Source: Saccostrea echinata (taxonomy: Eukaryota). Taken from it: DNA of 64,000 nt. Positions 62,359-64,000 of the stretch are shown one piece after another. Location of the stretch: positions 17,918,001 to 17,982,000 of the forward strand of contig NW_026889751.1 in NCBI RefSeq assembly GCF_033153115.1, given 5' to 3'. Both the position numbers and the translations under genes were made by a program. How positions within the stretch are numbered: position 1 is the stretch's first letter; each line of letters begins with the position of its first letter. Below the pieces are notes generated by a model. That model saw only the letters and a list, made by a program, of their open reading frames with translations, was not told the DNA's origin and searched no databases.

Positions 62359-64000
62359 ATTTTTGGGAATATACATTACAGAGCTATTGGGGTACAAGCA
62401 GTTCATCTTCACTACGTCAGAGGTGTTAAGTCCTCTTGGTGATATCAGGACCCCTAACGTCGCGAGGATGCTGGCTTTTACATAAGGCCATTCCAAGTTT
62501 TTTTTCTCTGTTTAGCGTCCACCCATCCTTCAAAAAACCTACCTACCTATTCGCAAAAAACAATAAAAATTATTCACAGTTACGAAGTTACAAACGGTAA
62601 TTAAACAAAAACAATTAATATTTGTTGTCTCATTGCGTTTGATGTGGTAATAAGATCGCAATCTAGGCAAAACACGTTTGTTTCATACTGTTTCCCCAAC
62701 AAATAATTATTCTCTCTCTCTTTCTCTTTTGTTTGGTTTTGGAGATAAAGTTAAAAGCACACAAATGTCAGTATGCAAGAAAATCACCATCGAATTTAAA
62801 GATGAAAAGCAATAATTGTTAAACAGTCTGAAACTTGTATTTATACGCATACTGAAAGGTGTTTAAAAATGTAAACTGTACAAAAAGTTGAGAACTTCAA
62901 TATCTCGAATACCAGCCGAGGGATATGTCAAAATGATTTGCCAGTCCCAGCCACTTTTTCTTTTTTTTTTTTTTAAACCATGTTACCTCGAATCCTCGGA
63001 TATCTCGATCTTTTCTCGGTTCCGTCGAGTTTGAAAAAAACTAAGTTTGACTATATTTTCTTATCAGAGGTAGGTGAAGTGGCATAGTCTTCATCAACTG
63101 TTCTAAAAAAATAATACTTATGGTTTTGGTATTCAAAATCGTTGATTAAGTTGAAGAAAAAAGGGATAAGAATATTGGCCAATTTTAGTTCACCTGAGTA
63201 TAATCAGGGCACTCATTGCTACTAATCTCGGCTGAGATTTGACTTGGTTGGATATTTGGACTAGCCTGTTTTGTCCTTTGATAGTTTTATGAAAGTTTTG
63301 AACATTTTATCAAAACTGGTCGACTACAGAGATCAGAATATAGATTTTTAGTTCAACTGTTCTTTTCTTACGATTGTTTTTAAGGGTAAAGCTGCATATT
63401 ATTACAAGTCTTTCTCTATAAAATAATACATGTACATGATTTCCAGCTGAAATTTTATAACTGAAATTAAGTAATATGGCAAGTTTACTAATGGAAAAAC
63501 ATTGCATTTGTTAATAAACCAAGACTTATTCATAAAAAAGACTATAAAACAAAAATTCAAAATAGCACTATTTATTTGTGAATTAAGGGATAAATCATAT
63601 ATAAAACAAACCTAGTCAGCTCTTGATTATTCTGAAAATTTACATAAATACATGTAGTGAAATGTAACAATTTTCACTAATACTTAGAGTATCAGTGACA
63701 CAACATACCGTAATCTAATCTCAAATACCTAAACTGATATTTAACATGTACATATATAATAAAAAATTCTTTAAATATAAATTGTTCCAAATGTATTCCC
63801 TTTTGGAGAATTTTTATTAAGCAAAGTAGTAGTTAAAATTGCAGTTTGTTGCATACATGCATTATTGTCTTTTTTGCAATGCCCACTACATTGTATATTT
63901 AAATCTACATGTGCATGTTCATAGTTATATTATATTTAATACTGCATGTGCATGTACTTCGTTATACATAAATATGAAAAATTTTCTGGCCAAAGGATTA

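Overview
AT-rich, intron-containing animal genomic DNA. It is most likely a bivalve (oyster-like), inferred from Meta/Deu-domain tRNA-SINEs, Helentron-type elements with satellite-like internal units, and abundant TACATGTA; it is not prokaryotic, and most short ORFs in the track are noise. Manual splicing reveals two head-to-head paralog pairs. (1) Two polypeptide N-acetylgalactosaminyltransferase (GALNT/ppGalNAc-T, GT27) genes: one on the minus strand (17768 to 5920, last two lectin exons not found in the window) and one complete 10-exon gene on the plus strand (25736-39190, 599 aa). (2) Two secreted SOUL/heme-binding-protein family genes (57340 to 53797 minus, 213 aa; 59840-61631 plus, 199 aa). 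Between the pairs lies a nested retroelement cluster. The outer element is an 8.35-kb minus-strand LTR element (40711-49059, 4-bp TSD GTAT, PBS and PPT) with no recognisable gag/pol. It carries a decayed P/G/Y-rich disordered ORF, an array of structured ~75-bp repeats with compensatory base changes, and a perfect 84-bp palindrome. Inserted into it are a full-length SINE and a very young 2.17-kb mini-LTR element (43458-45626) whose only ORF is a double zinc knuckle followed by a long coiled coil, with no capsid or pol. The rest is a mosaic of MITEs, Helitron/Helentron pieces, SINEs and decayed LINE, Penelope, Tc1/mariner and ISL2EU/Harbinger fragments. All coordinates were counted by hand and no database searches were run.
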